64,000 nt of DNA, from assembly GCA_964422035.1 (NCBI GenBank), contig CAYQZQ010000001.1, positions 50,528 to 114,527 of the forward strand, in the 5' to 3' direction. This document shows, piece by piece, positions 9,773 through 19,390 of the stretch. The DNA is from an uncultured Pseudomonadales bacterium. GTDB lineage: Bacteria > Patescibacteriota > Microgenomatia > UBA1400 > Chazhemtobacteraceae. Numbering within the stretch: position 1 is the stretch's first letter; every line of letters starts with the position of its first letter. The notes beneath the pieces are model-generated. The model was not told the DNA's origin and ran no database searches. It saw only the letters and a list, made by a program, of their open reading frames with translations. A program made the translations under genes and the position numbers.

Positions 9773-10456
9773 ATGAAAGAAAAACTAATAGTAATCGAAG
9801 GAGCAGATGGATCTGGCAAGAGTGTTCAAGTACAAAAACTTAGGGAGAGGATCGAGGAGGAAGGGGAGCAAGTAGTTGTGTATGACTTTCCTCAGTATGA
9901 GAAAACATTTTTTGGCGGCAAGGTAGGCGAGTATTTGAACGGCAAGTATGGAGGCTTTGAGGACATGCATCCCTTTTTTCCAGGGTTGTTGTTTGCCATA
10001 GATAGGTATGAAGCCAAAGATGAAATGATAGAAGACTTAAAAGCAGGCAGGGTGGTGATTTGCAATCGATATATGAGCTCTAATTTGGCTCACGGGGGAG
10101 CAAAGTTAAAGGATGAAAGCGGGGGCGATGTTGAGAATTTTATCGAGGAGATGGAGAAGGTTGAGTTTGAGGTTTTTAAGATTCCGGTGCCTGATTTGGA
10201 GATAATAGTATCAGTGCCGGCTGATATTAGTCAGAAGTTAGTTGAGATGAAAGGGGAGCGCTCTTATGTAAAGGGTAAGGATATTGCTGAAGAGGATGTT
10301 TTGCATCAGGAAAGGGCTTTGCAGATTTATCATTGGCTGGTTGAGAATAGAGATCGATATGAGTTGGTGGAGTGTGTTGATGAGGAGGGTGAGTTGTTGT
10401 CGATTGAAGAAGTGGCAGAAAAAGTTTGGGCAAAGGTGGAAGATAGACTTTGGTAA
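9773..10456 (+). CDS. tmk: Thymidylate kinase (dTMP kinase)
   Basis: P-loop IVIEGADGSGKS; DRY-like motif (AIDRY) and CNRYMSSNLAHGG (Tmk CDRYxxSSxAYQG lid region). Confidence 0.75.
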   Translation: MKEKLIVIEGADGSGKSVQVQKLRERIEEEGEQVVVYDFPQYEKTFFGGKVGEYLNGKYGGFEDMHPFFPGLLFAIDRYEAKDEMIEDLKAGRVVICNRYMSSNLAHGGAKLKDESGGDVENFIEEMEKVEFEVFKIPVPDLEIIVSVPADISQKLVEMKGERSYVKGKDIAEEDVLHQERALQIYHWLVENRDRYELVECVDEEGELLSIEEVAEKVWAKVEDRLW

Positions 10457-10529
10457 GAGCAATTGGGGTTGGCAAAGTATTTAAGGATTGTTACTTTGGT
10501 AAAGGTGGGTTATTAATTAATGTATTAAG

Positions 10530-10691
10530 ATGACAAAAGAAAGAGTCCCTTTGGTCAAAACAGGAAGATCTTTAGATGATGATAATGGGATTGATAGAAG
10601 TGAGTTAGATAATCGTTTTGAGAGGTGGTATCGAGGATTGGATAAAGAAGAACAAGAAAATGGTCAACAAGCTAAGGAAGAGGTAGAATAA
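10530..10691 (+). CDS. Small acidic hypothetical protein (53 aa)
   Basis: Unannotated short ORF (MTKERVPLVKTGRSLDDDNGIDRSELDNRFERWYRGLDKEEQENGQQAKEEVE) in the 240-bp tmk-folD intergenic region. Below the ORF-track size cut-off. No homology recognised. Confidence 0.2.
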   Translation: MTKERVPLVKTGRSLDDDNGIDRSELDNRFERWYRGLDKEEQENGQQAKEEVE

Positions 10692-10695
10692 AATT

Positions 10696-11505
10696 ATGAT
10701 CTTTGATGGCATTAAAGCAGCGGGTAAGATAAAGAAGAGACTTAAGGCAAAAGTGGTAAAGGAGAGACTTAAGTCTAAGTTGGTGATTTTTTTAAGTGAA
10801 GACAATAAGGCAGGTAAAAGTTATGTTGATCAGAAAAAAGAGGTGGCTGAGGACTTGGGAGTTGAGGTTGAGATAAAAAAGCCGGAGTCGGTTGATGAGT
10901 TAAAAAAGGGCTTGAGGCAGGCTAGTGAAGACAGTGGCGTGGATGGAGTGATGGTTCAGCTGCCTTGGGGGAACTTAGAGGGCAGCCAGTTGGCGGAAGT
11001 TTTAAGTTTGATTGACATTAAAAAGGATGTGGATGGTCTTAACCCTAAAACGCTGGAGCTGATTAGAAAAGGGAGAGTAAATTATCTACCAGCTACGGTA
11101 AGAGCGATTGAAAAGATAGTTGATCAGGCTCTTTTGGAAACGGATAAAGAGATGAATGAGGAGTTTAAGATAGCTGTGGTAGGTAGTGAGGGCATGGTGG
11201 GTAAGCCTTTGGTGGCAAGACTCTTGTATTTTGATTTTGAAGTGAGAGAGTTTGAAGAGGGAGATGACTTGGGTGATTTAAAAGACTATTGTGTAGTGAT
11301 AAGTTGTACAGGTAAAGACAGCTTAATCAAAAAGGAAATGGTACAGGATGATTTTGTGGGAATTGATGTTGGTTTTCCTGAAGGTGATTTTGATTTTGAG
11401 CGAGTAAAGGGTAAAGCTGGTTTTATTACACCTGTGCCCGGAGGGGTGGGGCCTGTGACGGTGGCTTGTTTGATGTCTAACCTGATTGAGGCAACGGCAG
11501 GCTGA
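10696..11505 (+). CDS. folD: Bifunctional 5,10-methylene-THF dehydrogenase/cyclohydrolase FolD
   Basis: FolD pattern: substrate-binding region then NAD(P) domain (IAVVGSEGMVGKPLVARLL...FITPVPGGVGPVTVACLMSN). Confidence 0.85.
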   Translation: MIFDGIKAAGKIKKRLKAKVVKERLKSKLVIFLSEDNKAGKSYVDQKKEVAEDLGVEVEIKKPESVDELKKGLRQASEDSGVDGVMVQLPWGNLEGSQLAEVLSLIDIKKDVDGLNPKTLELIRKGRVNYLPATVRAIEKIVDQALLETDKEMNEEFKIAVVGSEGMVGKPLVARLLYFDFEVREFEEGDDLGDLKDYCVVISCTGKDSLIKKEMVQDDFVGIDVGFPEGDFDFERVKGKAGFITPVPGGVGPVTVACLMSNLIEATAG

Positions 11506-11595
11506 ATATGTTATAATAAAAAAAGTTAATTAATTACACATTCTTGGTTAATCTTCTCTCGTATGCGAGCGGCCAAGAAGAGGGATAAAAAGAAG

Positions 11596-12366
11596 ATGGC
11601 AAAAACAAAATTTTCAGTTGATCTAGAAGAGTTATTAGAAGCAGGTGCTCACTTTGGGCATCAGTCTCGTCGTTGGAATCCTAAGATGGAGAAGTACATC
11701 TGGGATGAGAGAGATGATGTTCATGTATTTGATCTGGCAATTACTGCCAAAAAGATTGAGGAGGCTTGTGATTTTTTGTATGAGAAGGCCAAAGAGGGCA
11801 AAGATATCGTGATGGTAGGCACCAAGAGACAAGCTGAGGAGATTGTTAAAGAGGAAGCTAAAAATGCAGGAGTGTATTATGTGACAGAGAGATGGTTGGG
11901 GGGAACTTTGACCAACTGGAAACAGATGAAGACAAGAATTGATAAATTATTGAAGATGAAAGCAGAGAAAGAAGCGGGTGAGTATGAGGTGTATACCAAC
12001 AAGGAGCAGGTACTTTTGGATAGAGAGATAGACAGATTGGAGCGCTTTTTTGGCGGTCTGGTGGGTCTGGATGACATTCCAGATATAATGTTTGTGGTTG
12101 ATACCCTAAGGGAACGAGTGGCGGTTAGAGAAGCTAACCAGAGTGGAGTTACAGTAGTGGGAGTGGTGGATAGCAACGCTGACCCTGAATTGGTTGATTA
12201 TGTAATACCGGCAAATGATGATGCGGTAAGGACAGTGAAGTTGATTGTAGAAAAGATTGGCAGCGCTTTAGCTAAGGGTCGAGAAGAATGGGAAAAGAAA
12301 CAAGGGGTGATTAGAAAGAAAGAAGAAAAGAAGAAGAAAGACGAGAAGAAGGCAAAAAAGAAATAG
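11596..12366 (+). CDS. rpsB: 30S ribosomal protein S2
   Basis: LLEAGAHFGHQSRRWNPKM signature. K-rich C-terminal tail. ORF-track start 11563; the ATG at 11596 (MAKTKFSV) fits S2. Confidence 0.95.
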   Translation: MAKTKFSVDLEELLEAGAHFGHQSRRWNPKMEKYIWDERDDVHVFDLAITAKKIEEACDFLYEKAKEGKDIVMVGTKRQAEEIVKEEAKNAGVYYVTERWLGGTLTNWKQMKTRIDKLLKMKAEKEAGEYEVYTNKEQVLLDREIDRLERFFGGLVGLDDIPDIMFVVDTLRERVAVREANQSGVTVVGVVDSNADPELVDYVIPANDDAVRTVKLIVEKIGSALAKGREEWEKKQGVIRKKEEKKKKDEKKAKKK

Positions 12367-12386
12367 GTTAATATTTAGGTAATATT

Positions 12387-12836
12387 ATGCTGGATAAAAT
12401 TAAAAAACTTCGTGAAGAGACAGGTTCGGGGGTAATGGATGCCAAAAAAGTGCTGGAGGAGGCTAAGGGTGACCTGGAGAAGGCTAAAGATCTGCTTTTG
12501 AAAAAAGGATTTGAGAAAGCAGAGAAAAAGTCAGGCAGAGAAGCCAAAGCAGGAGTAGTTGAGGCGTATATACATCAGAATCACAGAGTAGGAGTAATGA
12601 TTGAACTTAATTGTGAGACTGATTTTGTAGCAAAAAATGAAGAGTTTAAGAAACTAGCTTATGAGATTGCCATGCAGGTAGCCAGTATGGAGCCTGAATC
12701 AGTAGATGAGTTGCTTGAACAAAAATATATTCGAGATCAAGAAAAAACTATCGAAGGATTAATTGCTGAGCAAATTACCAAGCTGGGTGAAAACATTCAG
12801 ATAGGCAGGTTTGTAAGATATGAGTTGGAAAAGTAA
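12387..12836 (+). CDS. tsf: Elongation factor Ts (short form)
   Basis: N-terminal UBA-like LREETGSGVMDAKKVLEE; core IELNCETDFVAKNEEF. 149 aa short variant. Directly after rpsB. Confidence 0.9.
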   Translation: MLDKIKKLREETGSGVMDAKKVLEEAKGDLEKAKDLLLKKGFEKAEKKSGREAKAGVVEAYIHQNHRVGVMIELNCETDFVAKNEEFKKLAYEIAMQVASMEPESVDELLEQKYIRDQEKTIEGLIAEQITKLGENIQIGRFVRYELEK

Positions 12837-12854
12837 TGTGTTAAGATAATTTTA

Positions 12855-13499
12855 ATGGAAGATAAGCATATGAATAAGGAGTCAACTGTTGGTGTCGATG
12901 AGGAGAAAAAAGAAGCAAAGCCATGGAGAGGTGAAGAGACAAGTGATCCGGAAGAATTTGTTAATGATTTTATGAAAGATGAATTCTTTTTGAAAGGATA
13001 TAACAAAGATAATATGAAGTCGGGGCCCAATTTAATTGGATTAAATGATTATATTGATAGAGTAAAATCTAGAGCAAAAGAAGAGATCGGTGATGATGAG
13101 ATAAAAGAAGTGTTTTTGAACACTAAGCAGACTAAGATGCTGCTGACATATTTTGCTAAGAATAAGAAGATGTTGGTATATGACGAAAACAAGTATCCAG
13201 ATAATATTAACCGGCTGTACGAAAAGTATAAAAAGACTGTTGAATTGATGAATAATTTTAGTAGTAGTCCCGAGTGGGCAAGGCTAGATTCATATGGGAG
13301 ACAAGAAAGAATAAAAGAATTAGATAGTAAAAGACAGTTTAACCATGTGAAGTTATCAGAGCAACTTGCAAAAGACGTCTTCCCATCTCACAGAATAGGC
13401 AGGACAGTGGCAAGGTTGTGGTTGATCTCGGAAGGATTGGATACGTTTGGACATTATGAGCGTGATGAGGAAATGAGAAGTCAAAGAATGAGTGAATAA
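12855..13499 (+). CDS. Hypothetical protein (214 aa) in the position normally occupied by pyrH
   Basis: No recognisable motif; no UMP kinase features. Sits between tsf and frr. Locally AT-richer codon usage. Confidence 0.5.
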   Translation: MEDKHMNKESTVGVDEEKKEAKPWRGEETSDPEEFVNDFMKDEFFLKGYNKDNMKSGPNLIGLNDYIDRVKSRAKEEIGDDEIKEVFLNTKQTKMLLTYFAKNKKMLVYDENKYPDNINRLYEKYKKTVELMNNFSSSPEWARLDSYGRQERIKELDSKRQFNHVKLSEQLAKDVFPSHRIGRTVARLWLISEGLDTFGHYERDEEMRSQRMSE

Positions 13500-13529
13500 G
13501 AATACTATTTATTAAAATTAAAAAATAAG

Positions 13530-14084
13530 ATGGACGATATTCTACAAAAAATAGAGAGCAAGATGCAGAAAGCTGTTGAGACAGTAAGAGGGGATATGAG
13601 CACTATCAGAGTAGGAGGTGCCAAACCTTCTTTGGTGCAGGACATTCAGGTGGATGCGTATGGATCAAAGATGAAGTTAGTTGAGTTGGCTCAGATCACA
13701 GCTCCGGACCCGACACAGATCATTATTTCCCCTTGGGACAAAGATGTTTTGGTGAATATCCAGGCAGCTATTGAGGAGGCTGACTTAGGTTTAACTCCAA
13801 CAGCAACAGGTGACAGGCTAGTGATTAACATGCCTGAGTTAACTGAGGAGAGGCGAAAGGATTATGTCAGGTTGGTAGGACAAAAGCTGGAGAGTGGCAG
13901 GGTAATGGTCCGTCAGATCAGACAAGAAGGCAGAGAAGAGATTGACAAATTAAAGGATGAACAGGGTATCAGTGAAGATGATGTGCATGAGATGTATAAA
14001 CAACTTGATGAGTTGACTGATAAATATAATGAGAAGCTTGAAGAGATGGCTGAGAAGAAGGAAGAAGAGATAATGAAGGTTTAA
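13530..14084 (+). CDS. frr: Ribosome recycling factor
   Basis: Canonical RRF sequence (TIRVGGAKPSLVQDIQVDAYGSKMKLVELAQI...LTEERRKDYVRLV). Confidence 0.95.
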   Translation: MDDILQKIESKMQKAVETVRGDMSTIRVGGAKPSLVQDIQVDAYGSKMKLVELAQITAPDPTQIIISPWDKDVLVNIQAAIEEADLGLTPTATGDRLVINMPELTEERRKDYVRLVGQKLESGRVMVRQIRQEGREEIDKLKDEQGISEDDVHEMYKQLDELTDKYNEKLEEMAEKKEEEIMKV

Positions 14085-14372
14085 ACGGGCGAGATTTAGC
14101 CTTATAGGTTGTTGTGAGGAAATTTATTTGTTAAGATGTGAGGACTACTTTAGGTAAAGCTTGGAGTGTTGTACTTGGACTTGCACCTTAATTTAATAAG
14201 AATAACCTATGAAGAAAGAGGTATGTATTTGTGCTATTTCTGCCTATAGGGGTAGAAAACTAACAAAAAAAAGGAGGTTTGATGAAGTATGCTGCTTTTG
14301 AGATTTGTATGAATAAGTGTTTAGATAGGAAAAGAGATCAATCTAAGAAAGAGTGATTAGATAGGAGGAGAA

Positions 14373-14864
14373 ATGGATAAGACTAGTGATTGGGTAACAG
14401 CGGCTCTTGGAAGAGGGCTTATCCTTAAGTCTCAAAATTTGGTTGATAAAGTTAAAAAGGAGATTAGTGATGAAGAAGAAGTTCTTTTAAAAAAGATCCA
14501 AATAATGTATCGGGAGTCTTATGTGGAAAGAATCAAAGTGATTGAAAGGTACTTGACTGAGTTTCGCATGGCTTGTTTGGGTAAAGTATCTTTGAAAGGT
14601 CCGCAGATTATCCTGAACACGGATATGCCTGGGTTCTTTCGTACTAAAGTTGATAAAATTGTTTGGGAGCTGAATTTCCCTGAGGTAGATGATTGTATAG
14701 GGGTGGATAAATCAGCAAGGGTGATATTTGTGTTTGGAGAGGGCCCAAATTGGTTTTTTAGTACGCAAAGTTTATCGACAGAGCGTTTGGAAAGCAGAGA
14801 AGAATGGGAGAGTTGTCTTTATGAATGGTTGGTGCAGTTGGTCAAGCACGGATTTGTCGCTTGA
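14373..14864 (+). CDS. Hypothetical protein (163 aa)
   Basis: ORF preceded by a good RBS (AGGAGG, 8 nt upstream). No family recognised. Confidence 0.45.
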   Translation: MDKTSDWVTAALGRGLILKSQNLVDKVKKEISDEEEVLLKKIQIMYRESYVERIKVIERYLTEFRMACLGKVSLKGPQIILNTDMPGFFRTKVDKIVWELNFPEVDDCIGVDKSARVIFVFGEGPNWFFSTQSLSTERLESREEWESCLYEWLVQLVKHGFVA

Positions 14865-14969
14865 CGATTAGTTTGTGTACTTTAGGGACAGTTGCCTCTA
14901 AAAAAGGTGGCTGTCCTTTTTTATTGGTTGCAAGTTTATTGTGAGGGAAAGTTGTATTATGATTAAGCT

Positions 14970-16637
14970 ATGCGAAAAAAAATAAAAAATGCAGTTTTGG
15001 AGGCTTTAAAAAGTTTGGATTGGAAAACTAAAAAAGTAGAACTGGAACACCCACAGGAGGATAGTTTTGGAGACTACTCCACAAGCGTGGCCTTGAAAGA
15101 AGCTGCAAAAAGTAAAAAGGAGGCAAGAGAGTTGGCTGAGGAATTGCTGGAGAAACTAGAAGAAGAAGGAATTGTAGGTGTGGAGGAGATCAAGCTTGCG
15201 GGGGCGGGATTTATTAACTTATATTTAAGTGAGGAGTGGTTGATCAGCCAGGCGGAAAAAGTGGTCAAAAAAGGGGAAAGATATGGAAGGAGCAGTTGGG
15301 GGAAGGACAGGAGAATGCTGATTGATTATTCTGCACCAAATATTGCCAAACAGTTTAGTGTGGGGCACTTGCGGAGCACTATTATTGGTCAGGCGATTTA
15401 TAATTTGTATGATTTTGGAGGCTGGGAAACGATTGGAGACAATCATTTAGGAGATTGGGGCACTCAGTTTGGAATGATAATTGCAGCAGTTGAAGAGGAG
15501 GGCTTGAATATAGATAAGATGAGTGTTACTCAGATGGAGGACTTGTATGTTGAGTACAACAAGAAAGCAAAAGAGGATGAGGAGTATCAAGAGAAGGCCA
15601 GGGAAGCTTTTTTAAGGCTTGAAAAAGGAGAGGAGGAGGCTAAAAAAATCTGGCAAGAGGCGGTTAAGGTGAGTATGGAAGAGTTTGTAAAAATCTATGA
15701 TCTTTTAGATGTAAAAATTGATATGGCTTTAGGAGAGAGTTTTTATGAAGACAAGATGGGTAAGGTTATAAAAGAGGCAAAGGAGAGCGGGATTGCAGTC
15801 GAGGGGGAGGGTGGTTCATGGATTGTTGAGTTTGAGGATATGCCACCGGCTATGCTGGTTAAATCAGATGGGGCAACAACTTATTTTACCCGTGATTTGG
15901 CAACTGTTAAGCACAGAGTAAGTGATGATAAGCTTAAATCAGATCTTTATGTATACGAGGTTGGAGCAGAGCAGAAACTGCATTTTAGACAAGTGTTTGC
16001 TGCAGCGGAAAAGCTAGGCTGGGTGGAAAATGATCAGTTAGTACATGTTGCTCATGGGTTAGTTTTGGATAGTAAGGGCAAAAAGATGAGTACCAGGAAG
16101 GGAACTGTTGAGAGTATGGAGGAGCTTTTGGATAAGGCGATTAAGAAAGCTGAGAGTATTAATGAAAAGTCAGCGCAGAAAGTAGGAGTGGGAGCGGTGA
16201 AGTTTAATGACTTAAAGCATGAACCACAGACTAGTTATCGTTTTGACTGGGAGCAGGCTTTGAGCCTGGAGGGTGATAGTGGTCCTTATCTGCAGTACAC
16301 AGCAGTGAGATGCAAAAGTGTGCTTAGTAAATCAGAGAAAAAGAAGAGTGACTGGTCAGAGGTGGACTGGGAGGAAGTGAGTGATGAGGGTAAAAGGGTC
16401 TTGCGCTGGATGTATAGATTCCCGCAGAAGGTAAAGGAGTCAGCGGTTAAGTTTGCACCCAATATTTTGGCTTCGTATTTGTTGGAGCTGGGACAAAGAT
16501 ATAATAGTTTTTATAACAAGCGACAGATTATAGATAGTGAGAACGAGGATTTGAGGCTACTTTTAACGGCAGCAAGTGGTCAGATTTTTGAGAACGGACT
16601 GGGTATTTTAGGGATAAAAGTACCCAGCAAGATGTAA
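14970..16637 (+). CDS. argS: Arginyl-tRNA synthetase
   Basis: N-terminal Arg_tRNA_synt_N-like region. Catalytic core with GNHLGDWGTQFGMII. KMSTRKG (ArgRS-type degenerate KMSKS). C-terminal DALR anticodon-binding domain. The HIGH region reads FSVGH. Confidence 0.95.
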   Translation: MRKKIKNAVLEALKSLDWKTKKVELEHPQEDSFGDYSTSVALKEAAKSKKEARELAEELLEKLEEEGIVGVEEIKLAGAGFINLYLSEEWLISQAEKVVKKGERYGRSSWGKDRRMLIDYSAPNIAKQFSVGHLRSTIIGQAIYNLYDFGGWETIGDNHLGDWGTQFGMIIAAVEEEGLNIDKMSVTQMEDLYVEYNKKAKEDEEYQEKAREAFLRLEKGEEEAKKIWQEAVKVSMEEFVKIYDLLDVKIDMALGESFYEDKMGKVIKEAKESGIAVEGEGGSWIVEFEDMPPAMLVKSDGATTYFTRDLATVKHRVSDDKLKSDLYVYEVGAEQKLHFRQVFAAAEKLGWVENDQLVHVAHGLVLDSKGKKMSTRKGTVESMEELLDKAIKKAESINEKSAQKVGVGAVKFNDLKHEPQTSYRFDWEQALSLEGDSGPYLQYTAVRCKSVLSKSEKKKSDWSEVDWEEVSDEGKRVLRWMYRFPQKVKESAVKFAPNILASYLLELGQRYNSFYNKRQIIDSENEDLRLLLTAASGQIFENGLGILGIKVPSKM

Positions 16638-16653
16638 GGCTATCTATGTTAAG

Positions 16654-17778
16654 ATGGTGATTATGCAAGCTTTAGTGTTTTTGGCAGTTTTGTCAGTGGT
16701 TGTTTTGATTCACGAGGGCGGTCATTTTCTGACAGCTAGATTGTTTGATATCAAGGTAGAGGAGTTTGGATTTGGTTTGCCGCCTAGATTAGTTAGGTTA
16801 TTTAAGAAAGGTGAGACGGAGTACACCTTAAACTGGTTGCCGATCGGGGGATTTGTGAAGCTATATGGTGAGAACGGGCTACAGGAGGGTGTTGAGGACA
16901 AGCGGGCCTTTGGAAGTAAACCGATATGGCAGAGAGTGGTGGTGTTAACGGCTGGAGTGATAGGAAACTTTTTGTTGGCAGTGGTTTTGTTTGGTGTGGT
17001 TTACTCGGTATTGGGTATTCCAACTGCCGTTGATGGAGCAGCAGTGTCGGAAGTGGTGGATGGATCCCCGGCGGCAGCGGCGGGGATTGAAGAGGGAATG
17101 ATAATCAAGGAGATTGTAGTTGAGGGAGAAAGTATGGATGTAAACGATGTGCCTGAGCTGATTACACAGATAGAGAACTATAAAGGTGAAGAGATTGGCT
17201 TAAGAGTTGAGAAAAATGGTGAAAGCAGGGTGATCAAACTGACACCCAGGGAAAATCCACCTGAAGGAGAAGGCTCCTTGGGGGTGGTGATAACTGACAG
17301 TCAGCTTAAGGAATATCCGCTTTGGCAGATGCCATTTAGGGGTGTTTGGGTTGGGTTTAAGGAAGCTTTAGCGTGGGGGGCGGAGATTGTGTTGGGACTT
17401 AAAGACGTATTTATAAGACTGGTAACAGGACAGGGAATTGATGCTGAAGAGGTAGCCGGACCGGTGGGAATATATCAGGTAACCGGTCAGGTCAGTAAGA
17501 TGGGTATCTGGCCATTGCTGCAGTTTATTGGAGTGTTTTCGGTCAACTTGGCAATTTTGAATATGATTCCTTTCCCGGCATTGGATGGGGGAAGGGTATT
17601 GCTTTTGGGGGTTGAGAAAATAAGAGGTAAGAAAATGGAAGTCAGAGTTGAGCAGTGGATAAATGCGTTGGGGATGATGATATTACTGGGGTTGATGGCG
17701 GCGGTGACTTTAAATGACGTGGCTAGACTAGCAGGGGGATGGCAGAAGTTATGGGTTAAGATCTGGTGGTGGTTTTAA
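16654..17778 (+). CDS. rseP: RIP metalloprotease RseP (site-2 protease, M50)
   Basis: HEGGHFLTARL HExxH in TM1; PDZ domain; LAILNMIPFPALDGGRV (LDG motif). Confidence 0.9.
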   Translation: MVIMQALVFLAVLSVVVLIHEGGHFLTARLFDIKVEEFGFGLPPRLVRLFKKGETEYTLNWLPIGGFVKLYGENGLQEGVEDKRAFGSKPIWQRVVVLTAGVIGNFLLAVVLFGVVYSVLGIPTAVDGAAVSEVVDGSPAAAAGIEEGMIIKEIVVEGESMDVNDVPELITQIENYKGEEIGLRVEKNGESRVIKLTPRENPPEGEGSLGVVITDSQLKEYPLWQMPFRGVWVGFKEALAWGAEIVLGLKDVFIRLVTGQGIDAEEVAGPVGIYQVTGQVSKMGIWPLLQFIGVFSVNLAILNMIPFPALDGGRVLLLGVEKIRGKKMEVRVEQWINALGMMILLGLMAAVTLNDVARLAGGWQKLWVKIWWWF

Positions 17779-17848
17779 GAATTAGATTTGAAAGAGTTTT
17801 TTGAAATTGGATGAAGTTTGAGGGAAATCTTTGCTATAATAGAACGGT

Positions 17849-18184
17849 ATGAAAAATGAAGAAAAATGTATTTTTTGCCAGATAGTTGAAGGTAAAGAAG
17901 AGGCTAATATGAGATATGAGGATGATAATTTTTTGGTGTTTGATGACATTAGCCCAAAAGCGCCTGAGCATGTATTGATTGTTCCTCGGGAACATATTGA
18001 GAGTATGAATCAGGCGGATGAGAAGATTCTAAATGAGATGATTAAGCTGTCAAAAAAGATATGCAATGATTGGCAATTAGATCACTTTAGGGTGCAGATA
18101 AACAACGGTCAAAAAGCCGGACAGATAGTTGATCATCTGCATATGCATCTTTTAGGATGGAATAAAGGGAAGGAGGTGGCTTAG
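17849..18184 (+). CDS. HIT-family (histidine triad) nucleotide hydrolase
   Basis: CIFCQIV...; histidine triad HLHMHLLG. Confidence 0.9.
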   Translation: MKNEEKCIFCQIVEGKEEANMRYEDDNFLVFDDISPKAPEHVLIVPREHIESMNQADEKILNEMIKLSKKICNDWQLDHFRVQINNGQKAGQIVDHLHMHLLGWNKGKEVA

Positions 18185-18185
18185 T

Positions 18186-18419
18186 TTGAGTATTGTGACG
18201 GTAAAGCGAAAGCCTGGTGATAGCAATCAGAGCTTAATTCGCAGATTCAAAAACAAGACATATAAAGATCCTGATCTAGAACGCTATGAAGAGCGTCAAG
18301 AAGGGTATAAACCTGATTCTGTTAAGAAAAAAGAACAACGCAATAAAGAAGCGCTACGATCAAAAATTGAGAGTCGTAGACACAGAAGACGCAAGAAAGG
18401 CGGCAAGATTAAAAATTAA
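18186..18419 (+). CDS. rpsU: 30S ribosomal protein S21
   Basis: 77 aa basic protein; SLIRRFKNKT core; R/K-rich C-terminus; TTG start. Followed by yqeY, a conserved pair. Confidence 0.65.
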   Translation: MSIVTVKRKPGDSNQSLIRRFKNKTYKDPDLERYEERQEGYKPDSVKKKEQRNKEALRSKIESRRHRRRKKGGKIKN

Positions 18420-18428
18420 TCTATTTAT

Positions 18429-18875
18429 ATGGAATTAATTGATAAGGTAAGGCAAGATCTTAAAAAAGCAGCAAAGAAGCGAGATAGAGAAAGACAGGCT
18501 GCAGTTAGGATGCTATTGGCTGGGTTGGAAACAGAATCAAAGCGTGAAGGAGAGTTTGATAAAGCTAAAGCTATATCAGTGGTCAAGTCGGAAGTGAACA
18601 AAAGAAAGGAAGCTATTGAAGCCTATGAGAAAGTAGGGGCAGATAAGAGAGCTGCCGGTGAAAAGAGAGAGCTTGAGATACTCAGCGAATATCTGCCTGA
18701 ACAGGCCAGTGAAGAGCAAGTGCGAAAAGTGGTTGAGGAGATAATTGAGCAACAGGGAGGGGTTGATAATATTGACAGCCCCGGGCCGATTATCGGTCAG
18801 GTGATGAGTAGGATTGGAAAAGAAAAGGTAGATGGAAGTGTAGTGGCACAAGTAGTTAGAGAGATCTTGGCTTAA
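18429..18875 (+). CDS. yqeY: GatB/YqeY domain protein
   Basis: YqeY pattern (RDRERQAAVRMLLAGLE...GPIIGQVMSRIGKEKVDGSVVAQVVREIL). Confidence 0.8.
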   Translation: MELIDKVRQDLKKAAKKRDRERQAAVRMLLAGLETESKREGEFDKAKAISVVKSEVNKRKEAIEAYEKVGADKRAAGEKRELEILSEYLPEQASEEQVRKVVEEIIEQQGGVDNIDSPGPIIGQVMSRIGKEKVDGSVVAQVVREILA

Positions 18876-19259
18876 ATGATAAAGGTAGACTTTAAGGTAA
18901 GAAGTGAGTATCAAATTGACAGAGACAGCTTGCGTGAGATGATTGGAGACTTTTTAGAGGAGAAAGGTATTGATAATGCCAAGGTAGGGGTGGTGGTGAT
19001 AGGAGACAGGAAGATGAAGGAGCTTAATGAGAAGTATTTAGGTAAAGAAGGTACTACTGATGTATTGAGTTTCTCTTTGATTGAAGATGAAGGGGAGTTT
19101 ATGGGGATAGATGAACAGCTGCTTGATTTAGGAGAGGTGGTTGTTTCTTGGCCGCAAGCGATGAAGCAAGCTTTGTCCAGACAAGTGAAAATTGATGAAG
19201 AGATTGAGTTTTTGGTGCAACATGGACTGCTTCATTTGTTGGGAATTCATCACGATTGA
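18876..19259 (+). CDS. ybeY: Endoribonuclease YbeY (16S rRNA 3'-end maturation)
   Basis: C-terminal metal-binding motif HGLLHLLGIHHD (H3xH5xH). Confidence 0.85.
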   Translation: MIKVDFKVRSEYQIDRDSLREMIGDFLEEKGIDNAKVGVVVIGDRKMKELNEKYLGKEGTTDVLSFSLIEDEGEFMGIDEQLLDLGEVVVSWPQAMKQALSRQVKIDEEIEFLVQHGLLHLLGIHHD

Positions 19260-19390
19260 ATAAGATTCGTGTGCTTTAAGTAAGGTGGTTTTGTTAGTGG
19301 GGGAGATTAAGGCTAAAAAGGCGAGTGTCTTATTTTGATGTAGTAATTGGTAGTTGACAGAAACTGAGTGTACTTTAGAGTGATTAATAC

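Noticed and set aside
19260-19390. Possible SRP RNA (ffs) upstream of dnaX, a position conserved in many bacteria
   Set aside because: Looked for the domain IV signature (GGAAG...AGCAGCC, GNRA-capped helix with symmetric loop) and did not find it in this 130-nt spacer. Only a weak TTGACA/TAGAGT promoter-like pair is present.
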